64,000 bases of DNA from an uncultured Methylomirabilota bacterium (lineage in GTDB: Bacteria > Methylomirabilota > Methylomirabilia > Methylomirabilales > 2-02-FULL-66-22), in the NCBI GenBank assembly GCA_963705305.1, contig OY970067.1:2656001-2720000 (forward strand), written 5' to 3'. The notes beneath the pieces are model-generated. The model ran no database searches, was not told the DNA's origin, and worked only from the letters and a program-made list of their open reading frames with translations. This document shows, piece by piece, positions 49,956-61,318 of this stretch (position 1 is its first letter; every line of letters starts with the position of its first letter). Made by a program: the position numbers and the translations under genes.

Positions 49956-49959
49956 CTCA

Positions 49960-51756
49960 ATGGATCATATCCGCAACTTCTCCATCATTGCCCACATCGA
50001 CCACGGAAAGTCAACCCTGGCGGATCGAATTTTGGAGCAGACCGGTGCGCTTACCAGCCGCGAGATGTCCGAGCAGGTGCTGGACAGCATGGACCTGGAG
50101 CGGGAGCGCGGGATCACCATCAAGGCCAAGGCGGTCCGGCTGACCTATCGGGCGGCGGACGGCCGGAACTATCTCCTCAACCTCATCGACACGCCGGGCC
50201 ATGTGGACTTCACCTACGAGGTATCCCGCAGCCTCTCGGCCTGCGAGGGGGCGGTGTTGGTCGTGGATGCGGTCCAGGGGGTCGAGGCCCAGACGCTGGC
50301 CAATGCGCATCTGGCCATGCGCAACAACCTGGCCATCGTTCCGGTCATCAACAAGATCGATCTCCCCAGCGCGGACGTGGATCGGGTGCGGCAGCAGCTG
50401 GAGGACATCCTGGCCCTGGACGGCAGCGGGGCCGTTTCCGCCAGCGCCAAGCACGGCTGGGGGACGTCCGAGATCCTGGAGGCCATCGTGGCGGGCATTC
50501 CCGCGCCGAAGGGCTCACCCGACGGCCCGCTCAAGGCCCTGATCTTCGACTCCTGGTACGACAGCTATCAGGGAGTGATCGTCTATGTCCGCCTCTATGA
50601 CGGGCGGGTGGGCGCGGGGACCCGGATCCAGCTCATGTCCTCGGGGGCCGTGTTCGAGGTGAGCCAGGTGGGCGTCTTCACCCCCGGCATGCGGCCGGTG
50701 GAATGCCTGCAGGCCGGCGAGGTCGGCTACATCATCGCCGGCATCCGAGATGTGCGACAGAGCCGGGTGGGGGACACCATCACCGAGACAGAGCGGCCCA
50801 CCGCAGAGGCGCTGCCGGGCTTCCGGGACGTCCGGCCCATGGTCTTCGCCGGCCTCTATCCCACGGTCAGCCAGGACTATCTGAACCTCAAGGGGGCGCT
50901 GGAGAAGCTCCAGTTGAACGACGCCGCGTTCTCCTTCACCCCCGAGACCTCGCTGGCGCTGGGCTTCGGGTTCCGCTGCGGGTTCCTCGGCCTGCTGCAC
51001 CTGGAAATCGTCCAGGAGCGACTGGAGCGCGAGTTCGACCTGACGCTGCTGATGACCGCCCCCACCGTGGTGTACCGGGTGACCCGGACAAACGGCACGG
51101 TGGCGGAGATGGAGAATCCGAGCCAGCTGCCGCCTCCGCAGGAGATCGCCCGCATCGAGGAGCCGTTCATCACGGCCTCCATCCTGGCGCCGGTGGAGTA
51201 CGTGGGGCCGATCCTGGCGCTGTGCCAGGAAAAACGCGGGGTGCATCGAGGGATCGAGTATCTCCAGGACTCCCGCGTCCTCATCGCCTACGAGCTGCCG
51301 CTGAACGAGATCGTTCTTGATTTCTACGACCGCCTCAAGTCGGTCAGCCGGGGCTACGCCTCCCTCGACTACGATTTTCTGGACTACCGCGAGAGCCCCT
51401 TGGTGAAGCTGGACCTTTTGGTGAACGGGGAGGCGGTGGATGCCCTGTCCTGCATCGTGAACCGCGACCAGGCCCAGGCGCGGGGCCGCCTGCTGGCAGA
51501 AAAGATGCGGGAGCTCATCCCACGCCAGCTCTTTGAGGTGGTGATCCAGGCGGCCATCGGGAGCAAGGTGATCGCCCGCGAGCGCATCCCGCCTCTGCGC
51601 AAGGCCGTTACCGCCAAGTGCTACGGGGGAGACATCACCCGGAAGCGGAAGCTCTTGGAGAAGCAGGCGGAGGGCAAGCGCCGCATGAAGCAGGTGGGCC
51701 GGGTGGAGATCCCCCAGGAGGCCTTCATGGCGCTGCTCACGGTGGGTCAAGGCTGA
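49960..51756 (+). CDS. lepA: Elongation factor 4
   Basis: [31 protein letters not shown] and [17 protein letters not shown] motifs. Confidence 0.98.
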   Translation: MDHIRNFSIIAHIDHGKSTLADRILEQTGALTSREMSEQVLDSMDLERERGITIKAKAVRLTYRAADGRNYLLNLIDTPGHVDFTYEVSRSLSACEGAVLVVDAVQGVEAQTLANAHLAMRNNLAIVPVINKIDLPSADVDRVRQQLEDILALDGSGAVSASAKHGWGTSEILEAIVAGIPAPKGSPDGPLKALIFDSWYDSYQGVIVYVRLYDGRVGAGTRIQLMSSGAVFEVSQVGVFTPGMRPVECLQAGEVGYIIAGIRDVRQSRVGDTITETERPTAEALPGFRDVRPMVFAGLYPTVSQDYLNLKGALEKLQLNDAAFSFTPETSLALGFGFRCGFLGLLHLEIVQERLEREFDLTLLMTAPTVVYRVTRTNGTVAEMENPSQLPPPQEIARIEEPFITASILAPVEYVGPILALCQEKRGVHRGIEYLQDSRVLIAYELPLNEIVLDFYDRLKSVSRGYASLDYDFLDYRESPLVKLDLLVNGEAVDALSCIVNRDQAQARGRLLAEKMRELIPRQLFEVVIQAAIGSKVIARERIPPLRKAVTAKCYGGDITRKRKLLEKQAEGKRRMKQVGRVEIPQEAFMALLTVGQG

Positions 51757-51815
51757 ATTTCACATGGCAAACCGACCACCGACATCCGGTCAATGGCCGG
51801 AGATGGCCGGTGGTT
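51757..51815. repeat. Degenerate heptamer palindromic element, copy F (lepA-lepB)
   Basis: ATGGCAAACCGACCACCGACATCCGGTCA ... TGGCCGGTGGTT. Confidence 0.5.
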
Positions 51816-51855
51816 CCGCCCCAGGCGGATGCGGTGTGGGTGTCCACTTGTGCGG

Positions 51856-52536
51856 ATGAAGGAGAGAGCGAGCGTGCGAAAGGCAAGAGGCGAAGGAGTG
51901 CCGTTGCGGGAGCCGGTTGTCGCACCGCAGACAAAATCGGTCGTCCGGGAATACGCAGAGGCCCTGATCATCGCAGTGCTGCTGGCGCTGGTGATCCGGA
52001 CGTTCGTGGTGCAGGCATTCAAGATCCCCTCGGGCTCCATGCTGCCGACCCTCCAGATCGGGGACCATATCCTGGTCAGCAAATTCATCTACGATTTCGA
52101 GTCCATCCGGCGAGACGACATCATCGTGTTCAAGTTCCCGCAGGACGAGAGCCGGGATTTCATCAAGCGGGTCATCGGGCTGCCGGGCGATACGCTGGAG
52201 ATCCGGGGAAGGCAGGTGCTCATTAACGGGGCCCCCCTCAAGGAACCGTACGCCGTGTACGACATGCCGGCATCTATGGACGCAGAGGAGCATCTCGGGC
52301 CGATTCACATCCCGACCGGTCAACTGTTCATGATGGGCGACAACCGGGATCACAGCATGGACAGCCGCGTCTGGGGGCTGCTGGACCTCCACAAGGTCAT
52401 CGGCAAGGCATTCATCATCTATTTCTCGGTCCGGAGCGAGGATATCCCGCATGAATCCGCCATCCCGAGCCTCATGTATGTGATCACCCACCCGGGCTTG
52501 ATCCGCTTAAGTCGGGTGGGGAGGCTGCTGCACTGA
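51856..52536 (+). CDS. lepB: Signal peptidase I
   Basis: IPSGSMLPTL, FIKRVIGLPGD and MGDNRDHS.DSR.WG motifs. Confidence 0.96.
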   Translation: MKERASVRKARGEGVPLREPVVAPQTKSVVREYAEALIIAVLLALVIRTFVVQAFKIPSGSMLPTLQIGDHILVSKFIYDFESIRRDDIIVFKFPQDESRDFIKRVIGLPGDTLEIRGRQVLINGAPLKEPYAVYDMPASMDAEEHLGPIHIPTGQLFMMGDNRDHSMDSRVWGLLDLHKVIGKAFIIYFSVRSEDIPHESAIPSLMYVITHPGLIRLSRVGRLLH

Positions 52537-52631
52537 CCCTGCTCCCCGCACGGTGGGTTGAGTCGGGGCTCCTCAATATCTGATGGCGAAATTTCTGTGA
52601 AAATTGCTGCCGAACATGTCCTTCCGACCCC

Positions 52632-52696
52632 TTGACAAGGTGCAGCCCCTTGTCTAGTATAAGCTGAAATTAGCACTCTCCCGTATAGAGTGCTAA
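52632..52696 (+). promoter_or_regulatory. sigma70 promoter plus perfect CIRCE operator
   Basis: TTGACA(52632)-N17-TAGTAT, then TTAGCACTC-N9-GAGTGCTAA at 52670-52696. Confidence 0.95.
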
Positions 52697-52698
52697 CC

Positions 52699-53760
52699 AT
52701 GGCTATGATAATGGGCGGAGAAGACCGGATACTCAACGTCAGGCACCGTGGAGTCATGCGGGCGATCGTCCAGGATTACGTCCGGACCGCAGAACCGGTC
52801 GGCTCGCGGACAATATCTCGCAAGTATGGATTTTCATTAAGTCCTGCGACGATACGAATGATCATGTCAGATCTGGAAGAATTTGGCTATGTGGATCAGC
52901 CGCACACGTCGGCAGGGCGCATTCCGACGGACAAGGGGTATCGGTTCTATGTTGACAGCCTGATGGACCGGATTCCACTGTCCGCGGCCGAGGTGGAGTG
53001 GATCGAGCAGCAAGTGACGCCCAACGCGGTCGAGGTGGGAGACCTGCTGAGAGAGGCCAGAAATCTGCTGGCCGCCCTCTCGCCGTACGTGGTGGTGGCC
53101 CTGGAGCCGCGCCTGCACGAGACCCAGTTCCAGCGCATCGAGTTCGTCTTTATGTCCCGAGACCGGGTGTTGGTGATTCTGTTGGCGGACACCGGACTAG
53201 TCCTTCACAAGACGGTGAGGATCGAGGAGCCGCTGACCCAGGACGATCTGGATCGGATGGCGCGCTACCTGACGGACCTTCTCAAGGGGCGCACCCTGCG
53301 GGAGATCCGGGACCTTTTGGTTGCCCAGATGGCCGAGGAGAAAGCCCAGTACGACCGGCTGCTGGCGCAGGCTCTTCGCCTGGGGACCAAGGCACTGGAG
53401 GGAGAGGACGAGTCGGACATCCACGTGGCCGGCGCGGCCAGGATCGCCGATCAGCCCGAGTTCGCCGACGTGAGCAGGATGAAGAGCCTCTTCTCGGCCT
53501 TCGAGGACAAGTCCAAGCTGGTCATGATTCTGAACGAGTGTCTGGCGGCGGACCGCTGCCAGATCTTCATCGGAAGCGAGATCCCGGTCCAGGATATCCA
53601 AAACCTCAGCGTCATCGCCGCCCCGTACCGGCAGGGAGAGCGGACCCTCGGCGTTCTGGGGGTCCTCGGGCCTACCCGCATGGACTACGCGCGGGCACTG
53701 GCCCTGGTGGAGACGACTGCCAAACTCCTCAGCCGGGTCCTGACCGAACGGGCGGCATAA
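52699..53760 (+). CDS. hrcA: Heat-inducible transcription repressor
   Basis: YVRTAEPVGSR, SPATIR, HTSAGRIPTDKGYRFYVD and GPTRMDY motifs. Confidence 0.96.
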   Translation: MAMIMGGEDRILNVRHRGVMRAIVQDYVRTAEPVGSRTISRKYGFSLSPATIRMIMSDLEEFGYVDQPHTSAGRIPTDKGYRFYVDSLMDRIPLSAAEVEWIEQQVTPNAVEVGDLLREARNLLAALSPYVVVALEPRLHETQFQRIEFVFMSRDRVLVILLADTGLVLHKTVRIEEPLTQDDLDRMARYLTDLLKGRTLREIRDLLVAQMAEEKAQYDRLLAQALRLGTKALEGEDESDIHVAGAARIADQPEFADVSRMKSLFSAFEDKSKLVMILNECLAADRCQIFIGSEIPVQDIQNLSVIAAPYRQGERTLGVLGVLGPTRMDYARALALVETTAKLLSRVLTERAA

Positions 53761-53825
53761 CCGCTGAACGCATGCGCGGGCGGGGGGGCCGATGGGCGAC
53801 CCTCCCGTTCCGTCTGTCTGGAGCC

Positions 53826-54419
53826 ATGGAACAGCAGAGCGAACCGATCGTCCCGACGCCGAACCAGCCGGACGAATCCGCCACGGCCGCTCCGGAGGCT
53901 TGTCCGGCGCCTGAGGCGGGGGCAGACGCCCTGGCCGCCAAGACGCAAGAGCTGGAGCGCCTACAAGAGCGCCTCCTGCGGCAGCAGGCGGAATTCGAGA
54001 ACTACAAGAAGCGCATCGCCCGCGAGAAGGCGGAGTATCTCAAGTTCGCCAACGAGGGGCTTCTCCTCGAATTCCTTCCGATCCTGGATAATCTGGAGCG
54101 CGCGCTGACGGCCGCCCGGTCCGAGGTGGGCTCGACGCCGCTGGTCGAGGGGATCGAGATGATCGCCCGCCTCTTCCGTTCCACGCTGGAGAAGGCCGGC
54201 GTCAAGCCGATCCAGGCCATCGGGCACCCCTTCGATCCCGGCCTGCATCAGGCTGTGGCGCAGATCGAGACCCCTGACATGGATGAGAATATGGTGGTGG
54301 ACGAAATCCAGAAGGGGTATCTTCTGGAAGGACGGGTCATCCGTCCGGCCATGGTCCGGGTGTCGCGAGCGCCGTCGTCCGGCGGGAACGGTCCGAGTGA
54401 TGAGGACGCGCAGGCGTGA
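53826..54419 (+). CDS. grpE: Nucleotide exchange factor
   Basis: [24 protein letters not shown] and QKGY....RVIRPAMV motifs. Confidence 0.95.
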   Translation: MEQQSEPIVPTPNQPDESATAAPEACPAPEAGADALAAKTQELERLQERLLRQQAEFENYKKRIAREKAEYLKFANEGLLLEFLPILDNLERALTAARSEVGSTPLVEGIEMIARLFRSTLEKAGVKPIQAIGHPFDPGLHQAVAQIETPDMDENMVVDEIQKGYLLEGRVIRPAMVRVSRAPSSGGNGPSDEDAQA

Positions 54420-55525
54420 ACGGGAAGCGTGATTTCTACGAAGTCCTGGGGGTCTCCCGCGACGCCAGCCCTGAAGAAGTCAAGAAGGCCTACCGGAAGC
54501 TCGCTCACCAGCACCATCCCGATAAGAACCCCGGGGACCACACGGCCGAGGAGCGGTTCAAAGAGATCAGTGAGGCCTACGAGATCCTAGGGAACCCCGA
54601 GAAGCGGCAGGCCTATGATCGCTTCGGCACGGCCGGTCCGGGCCGCGGCTTCGAGGGCTTCAGGGATTTCGATGGGGGCCTGGGCAGCATCTTCGACGAC
54701 CTCTTCGAGGGGTTCTTCGGCGGGCGGGCCGGAAGGAGTTCGCGGCGAGCGCATCGCGGGGCGGATCTCCGCTACAACCTGGAGATCCGTCTGGAGGAGG
54801 CCGCCAGCGGGGTGGAGAAGGAGATCCTCATCCCCCGCCTGGAGACCTGCGGCACCTGCCGGGGGAGCGGATGCCGGCCGGGATCGCAGCCGATTCCCTG
54901 CAAGGCCTGTCGGGGGACCGGCCAGGTCCGATTCTCGCAAGGATTTCTCACGGTCAGTCAGACCTGCAGCCAGTGCCGGGGCGAGGGCCGGGTTGTCGAG
55001 CATCCGTGCTCGGCCTGCCGCGGCTTGGGGCAGACCAAGGCTGAGCGGACGCTCACGGTCAAGGTTCCCCCGGGCGTGGAGACGGGAACCCGCCTCAAGC
55101 TGTCAGGAGAGGGGGAGGCGGGGGTGCAGGGCGGCCCCCCGGGAGACCTGTACGTCGTCATCGGCGTGAAACAGCATCCCATCTTCACGCGAAACGAAGA
55201 CGACCTGTACTGCGAGGTGCCCATCAGCTTTACCCAGGCCGCCCTGGGGGCCAAAGTCGAGATCCCCACACTGACCGGCCGGATCACCCTGAAGATCACC
55301 CCGGGGACGCAGACAGGGCAGGAGTTCCGAGTCCGCGGCAAGGGCTTTCCGAATCTGCGCGGCTACGGTCAGGGAGACCTGGTGGCGCGAATCTTCGTGG
55401 AGGTCCCCACGCAGCTGAACGCAAAACAGCGGGAGCTCCTGGAAGAGTTCGCCCGCCAGGAAAACGGCGGAGGAAGCCCCCTGGTCGAGGGATTCTGGGA
55501 GAAGGTGAAGTCGCTCTTTGAGTGA
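54416..55525 (+). CDS. dnaJ: Chaperone DnaJ
   Basis: J domain with HPD and four CxxCxGxG repeats. Confidence 0.97.
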   Translation: MNGKRDFYEVLGVSRDASPEEVKKAYRKLAHQHHPDKNPGDHTAEERFKEISEAYEILGNPEKRQAYDRFGTAGPGRGFEGFRDFDGGLGSIFDDLFEGFFGGRAGRSSRRAHRGADLRYNLEIRLEEAASGVEKEILIPRLETCGTCRGSGCRPGSQPIPCKACRGTGQVRFSQGFLTVSQTCSQCRGEGRVVEHPCSACRGLGQTKAERTLTVKVPPGVETGTRLKLSGEGEAGVQGGPPGDLYVVIGVKQHPIFTRNEDDLYCEVPISFTQAALGAKVEIPTLTGRITLKITPGTQTGQEFRVRGKGFPNLRGYGQGDLVARIFVEVPTQLNAKQRELLEEFARQENGGGSPLVEGFWEKVKSLFE

Positions 55526-55671
55526 GGCGCCGCCCGCCGGCCCGGTTCCACCGGTTCGATCCCGAAGCGTTCACGAGGGCGCTTGCGAGTTCTCCGGGGC
55601 GCAGTCTCGGCAGGCCGACCCCGGGGAGGGGCTCCCGCCGGGGAAGCGGCCGAGCGGGGGCGGGGGAAGGC

Positions 55672-56466
55672 ATGGGCCGGCTGCACCACCGAAGATTCCT
55701 CGTCCCCGCCGACCGCATCCGGAACGGCCGGGTCGTGTTTGGGCCGGAGCAGGCGCACCAGCTGCTCCACGTGCTGCGGCTGCGGCGCGGCGACCAGCTG
55801 CTGATTTTCGACGGGACGGGGCGCGAGCTCTTGGCCACTCTGACCGAGGCGGATCCCCGCCGGGCGGAGGCCGTGACCGTCCGGGAGGTCCGCAGCCTGG
55901 CGGCCCCGGCATTGCGCCTGACCGTGGCCCAGGTTCCTCCCCGCGGGGCCGCCATGGATTTCATCCTGGCCAAGGCCACCGAGTTGGGGGCAACGCGGAT
56001 CGTGCCGCTGGAGGGGCGCCAGGGGGTCCGGCGGGGTTCGACCCGCAACGAGCGCTGGCTTCGCATCATCCAGGAAGCGGCGGAGCAGTGCGGACGAAGC
56101 GATGTGCCGGACCTGAGGGCGCCCACCACCCTGTCCGGCTTTCTGGCGTCGGGCGACTGGGAGGCGCCGCTGCTGGTCTGCCACCCGGCCCGGGACGCGC
56201 AGCCCCTGCTCCTCGCCTGCGAGGATTTCCGCGGCGCTCCGGGCCTGACCCTGGTGCTCGGCGGCGAAGGGGGCCTGAGCCCGGACGAAGTGGAAGAGCT
56301 TGAACGAGCCGGGGCGCGCCTGGTGTCGCTCGGCCCGCGTCGCCTGCGGGCCGAGACGGCGACAGTTGCCGCCCTGGCCGTCCTCCAGGCCAGCCTGGGC
56401 GACTGGGGGACGGGCCCGAGCGAGTCATGGACAGAAGGTGCCGATCTCCCGGAGCGGCGCCCCTGA
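55672..56466 (+). CDS. rsmE: 16S rRNA m3U1498 methyltransferase
   Basis: H...VLRL..GD, KATELG, EAAEQCGR, G.EGG and LGPR.LRAETA motifs. Confidence 0.92.
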   Translation: MGRLHHRRFLVPADRIRNGRVVFGPEQAHQLLHVLRLRRGDQLLIFDGTGRELLATLTEADPRRAEAVTVREVRSLAAPALRLTVAQVPPRGAAMDFILAKATELGATRIVPLEGRQGVRRGSTRNERWLRIIQEAAEQCGRSDVPDLRAPTTLSGFLASGDWEAPLLVCHPARDAQPLLLACEDFRGAPGLTLVLGGEGGLSPDEVEELERAGARLVSLGPRRLRAETATVAALAVLQASLGDWGTGPSESWTEGADLPERRP

Positions 56467-56476
56467 GTTGGCGCTG

Positions 56477-57619
56477 ATGCCGAACCCCAGCATCCTGATC
56501 GTCGATGATGAGGAAGGCCTCCAGAGTTCGCTGGCCACGGCGTTCGCCGCCGAGGGCTATCGAGCCGAGGGGGCCGGATCGGCCGGGCAGGCCCTGGCGT
56601 GCCTCCAGCGGGCGCCCTTCGACGTGCTGCTCACCGACCTCGTGATGCCGGGAGCGGACGGCCTGGTCCTGATGGAGCAGGTGCGGGCCCTCTACCCGGA
56701 CACGGTGATCATCCTCATGACCGGGGGGGCCACGGTGGAGTCGGCCGTGCGTGCCCTGAAAGGGGGGGCCTACGACTACGTCCTCAAGCCCTTCACCCTG
56801 GTCGAGATTTTCCACGTGGTGGGGCAGGGGCTGGAGCAGCGGCGGCTGCGGCAGGAAAATCTCCAGCTGAGCGAGATCAATCGCCGCCTGCAGGAGATCG
56901 ACGAAGTCAAATCCAATTTGCTCTCGGCCGTCACCCATGAGTTCTGGACGCCGCTGACCATCATGCACGGGTGGCTGGATCTGCTCTTGGGGAACCATTT
57001 CGGGATTCTCTCCAGCGAGCAGCGGGAGAGCCTGACCACCGTGCGGAAAAGCGCGATCCGGCTGGGACGCTTGATCTCCAACCTGCTGGCGCTGGTGGAG
57101 TCGGAGCGCGGCCAGGGCCTGCGCAGGCTGTCCTTGATCGACCTGGCGGAGGTCCTGCGGGAGATCGCCGGAGAACTGCAGCCCGATTTGGCCGAGCGGG
57201 GCGTGCCGATCACACTGGCCCTGGATTCGGCGCCTGCCTTGATCCAGGCGGATGGGGATCGGCTTCGGCTGCTCTTTTTCAACCTGGTCGAGAATGCGAT
57301 CAAGTTCAGCGAGGCGGGTGCGGAGGTCCAGGTGGGGATCACCCGGGAGGCGGAAACGCTGGAGGTCGCCATCACCAACACCCGCGGCGACATCCCCGTG
57401 GAACGGATTCCCAGGCTGCTGCAGCCCTTCACACAGGGGGACATGAGCCTGAGCCGAGCGGTGGGCGGGTTGGGCCTCGGCCTGGCGGTGGTGCGCGCCG
57501 TCACGGATGCCCACCATGGCCGGCTGGCCGTCGAGTCCGGCGAGGGGCGGGGCACCACGATTCGGGTGCGCCTCCCGACGGCGCCCCCGGATATCCCGCG
57601 CGGGAGGGACCTGCCGTGA
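56477..57619 (+). CDS. Hybrid REC-histidine kinase
   Basis: N-terminal REC, H-box THEFWTPL, N-box NLVENAIKF and G-box GLGLGL. Confidence 0.9.
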   Translation: MPNPSILIVDDEEGLQSSLATAFAAEGYRAEGAGSAGQALACLQRAPFDVLLTDLVMPGADGLVLMEQVRALYPDTVIILMTGGATVESAVRALKGGAYDYVLKPFTLVEIFHVVGQGLEQRRLRQENLQLSEINRRLQEIDEVKSNLLSAVTHEFWTPLTIMHGWLDLLLGNHFGILSSEQRESLTTVRKSAIRLGRLISNLLALVESERGQGLRRLSLIDLAEVLREIAGELQPDLAERGVPITLALDSAPALIQADGDRLRLLFFNLVENAIKFSEAGAEVQVGITREAETLEVAITNTRGDIPVERIPRLLQPFTQGDMSLSRAVGGLGLGLAVVRAVTDAHHGRLAVESGEGRGTTIRVRLPTAPPDIPRGRDLP

Positions 57620-58521
57620 TCCCGGCCCCGCCGCGGCAGCGGGATGTGGTCCTGGTGGACGGCTCGGCCTCCCTGTACCGAGCGTTCTTCGCGCTGCCGC
57701 CGCTCAGCAATGCCTACGGGACGCCCACCAACGCCGTGCTGGGATTCACCACCATGCTGCTGAAGCTCCTCCGCGAGGAGGAGCCGGAAGCGGTGGGCGT
57801 GGCCTTCGACGGCCCGGGGCCCACGAGGAGACACCTCGACTTCCCGGCCTACAAGGCCCAGCGCCCCGACATGCCGGATCGCCTGGTCCAGCAGATTCCG
57901 TACGTGCGCCGACTGCTGGAGGCCATGCGCATTCCGGTGCTCATGATTCCCGGGGAGGAGGCGGACGACATCCTGGGAACCGTGGCCGTGCAGGCCGCCG
58001 CCGCCGGGCGCCGGGTGCTCCTGGTCACGGGGGACAAGGATCTCCTCCAGCTCGTGGGTGACCGGATCCTGGTCCGGGATACGGTGAAGCCCAACGTCTC
58101 GGGGCCAGCCGAGGTGGCGGAGCGCTACGGGGTGTCGCCGGAGCGCTTGCCGGACTACCTGGCCCTCACCGGGGACAGCAGCGACAACATCCCGGGGGTC
58201 CCCGGAATCGGCGAGCGCACCGCCCGGGAGCTGCTGCAGCACTACGGGACCCTGGAGGGGATCCTGGCCGAAGCCCCGGGGGTGCGCAAGCCGCGGCTTC
58301 GGGAGACGCTGCTGGGTCATGCGTCCCAGGCCCGCGCCAGCCTCCGGCTGACCACCATCCGGACGGATCTCCAGGTGCCCTGGTCCGTGGAGGATCTGTG
58401 CCGTCACGAGCCGGATCTGGGCGCTCTGCTGGCCCTGTTCCGCGAGCTGGGGTTCAGCCGGTTGGAGCAGCAGTTCGCGCAGCCGTCGCTCGGCGGCTCC
58501 CCGTCGAGGCTCCCGGACTGA
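57616..58521 (+). CDS. Stand-alone 5'-3' exonuclease (PolA N-terminal domain only)
   Basis: LVDG...YRAFFA, PTNAV.GF, YKAQR, EADD, TGDKD and GDSSDNIPGVPGIGE.TA motifs. Stops after about 301 aa. Confidence 0.9.
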   Translation: MIPAPPRQRDVVLVDGSASLYRAFFALPPLSNAYGTPTNAVLGFTTMLLKLLREEEPEAVGVAFDGPGPTRRHLDFPAYKAQRPDMPDRLVQQIPYVRRLLEAMRIPVLMIPGEEADDILGTVAVQAAAAGRRVLLVTGDKDLLQLVGDRILVRDTVKPNVSGPAEVAERYGVSPERLPDYLALTGDSSDNIPGVPGIGERTARELLQHYGTLEGILAEAPGVRKPRLRETLLGHASQARASLRLTTIRTDLQVPWSVEDLCRHEPDLGALLALFRELGFSRLEQQFAQPSLGGSPSRLPD

Positions 58522-58548
58522 CCGGCTCCCGCGGGGTGAAAGGAGCGG

Positions 58549-59190
58549 ATGATCGTCGTCGGCCTGACGGGAGGAGTGGCAACCGGCAAATCCACCGTGG
58601 CTGCCATGTTCGAGGCGCGCGGGGCCGCCGTCGTGGACGCCGACCGGATCGCCCGGGGGCTGCAAGAGCCGGGTCAGCCGTGTTACCGGCAGATCGTCGA
58701 GACCTTCGGGCGGGAAGTCGTCGGCGCCGACGGGCGGCTGGACCGGCGGCGTCTGGCCCGCCTGGTCTTCGATGACGCGGAGTCGCGGCGCCGGCTGGAG
58801 GCCATCATGCATCCGGCCATCTGGGACGGGTGCCAGGCCGGGATCCGGGCGGCCGAGGCGGCGGGCCGGCCGCTCTGCGTGGTGGACGCCGCGCTGATCC
58901 TGGAGGCGGGCTGGCAGCATCGGTTCCAGGCGGTCATCGTGGTGACGGCGCCCGAGGCGATGCAGGTGGACCGGCAGGTGCGGATGCGGAGCCTGACCCA
59001 TGCGGAGGCCCATCGGCGGCTCCGGACGCAGTGGCCGACGGCAGCCAAGGCGGCCCTGGCCGATTTTGTCATCGACAACGGGGGGGATCTGGCCGCGACC
59101 GCCGCGCAGGTGGAGCGGATTTTCGTCGCTCTGACCCGGAATCCGGCGGGGCGGCAAAAAGCACTTGACAAGGATTGCGGGTCTTTCTAA
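58549..59190 (+). CDS. coaE: Dephospho-CoA kinase
   Basis: GLTGGVATGKSTV, DAD, LDR..L...VF and LE.IMHP motifs. Confidence 0.95.
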   Translation: MIVVGLTGGVATGKSTVAAMFEARGAAVVDADRIARGLQEPGQPCYRQIVETFGREVVGADGRLDRRRLARLVFDDAESRRRLEAIMHPAIWDGCQAGIRAAEAAGRPLCVVDAALILEAGWQHRFQAVIVVTAPEAMQVDRQVRMRSLTHAEAHRRLRTQWPTAAKAALADFVIDNGGDLAATAAQVERIFVALTRNPAGRQKALDKDCGSF

Positions 59191-59193
59191 GAT
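59165..59193 (+). promoter_or_regulatory. sigma70-type promoter of rho
   Basis: TTGACA-N17-TAAGAT. Confidence 0.65.
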
Positions 59194-59488
59194 CTGCGCA
59201 ACTTCGATCTGTCCTCGCATCACTCCACGTACGATTTTCCGCACCTCGAGGCTTCGAAGCCTAGATTTGCCCGCGGAGTGCCGCGGCCCAACAGGTGAGT
59301 TCACAATCGTCCGACTGCGATCGAGGTCATCGCCTTCCGGGGTAGCCCTATTCTCCCGCCTGCATCGCGGGGTGCCAGCCTGAGCGGATCAGCTTCCAAG
59401 GAGTTGGGCAATGTCGGTCAATGGCGCGGAGCGGACACAACGGTCAGTCCAGGAGCCTGAGCAATCCGACTCCACCAAAGGAGTGTCA

Positions 59489-60736
<1,248 letters not shown>

Positions 60737-60781
60737 CTGGCCTTCCTTCCCGGCCGGGCGGGGCCGATCGGAAGGGCCATG

Positions 60782-60810
60782 TTGTATTGACGGGCCGAAT
60801 GGAATATAAT
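60782..60810 (+). promoter_or_regulatory. sigma70-type promoter of rpmE
   Basis: TTGTAT-N17-TATAAT. Confidence 0.65.
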
Positions 60811-60863
60811 CCCCCTATTCGACTTGGTGGCCGAAAACCGATTCGTAGTGTGGAGGCGCGAGC

Positions 60864-61091
60864 ATGAAGCCCGGAATCCATCCTGAATACGTCCCCGCCG
60901 TGATCACGTGTGCGTGCGGCGAGGTGATCCATACCCGCTCGACCACGCCCGTCCTCAAGGTGGAGATCTGCTCCAAGTGCCACCCCTTATTCACCGGTCG
61001 GCAGAAGCTCATTGACAGCGAAGGCCGGGTGGAGCGGTTCCAGCGCAAGTACGGGCGCAAAACCGCCGCCGCGACTCCGTCGCAGACGTGA
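60864..61091 (+). CDS. rpmE: 50S ribosomal protein L31 (Zn-binding type)
   Basis: [13 protein letters not shown] and CSKCHP..TG.QK motifs. Confidence 0.97.
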   Translation: MKPGIHPEYVPAVITCACGEVIHTRSTTPVLKVEICSKCHPLFTGRQKLIDSEGRVERFQRKYGRKTAAATPSQT

Positions 61092-61165
61092 GCCTGCTCC
61101 GCCGGCCGCACCCCTTAGGCACCTTCGGCAGAGGCTGCCCGCCCGGGGTTCGGCGCGGCGAAGAC

Positions 61166-61318
61166 CTAGCAGGATGCTGAGAAGCTCGTTTCGCCCAGGC
61201 TGCTCAAAAAGGTCCAGATGCAAGGCGGCCTCACCCATCCCTCGGGATGGGTACCCGGGGCGGGGCACCCATCCGAAGGATGGGTCTCTGCAGATGGCCT
61301 TTTTCAGTAGTCTGCTAG
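61166..61318. mobile_element. MITE-like element with CTAG-bounded imperfect terminal inverted repeats
   Basis: CTAGCAGGATGCTGAGAAG ... CTTTTTCAGTAGTCTGCTAG, with two internal ACCCATCC-N4/5-GGATGGGT hairpins. Confidence 0.7.
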
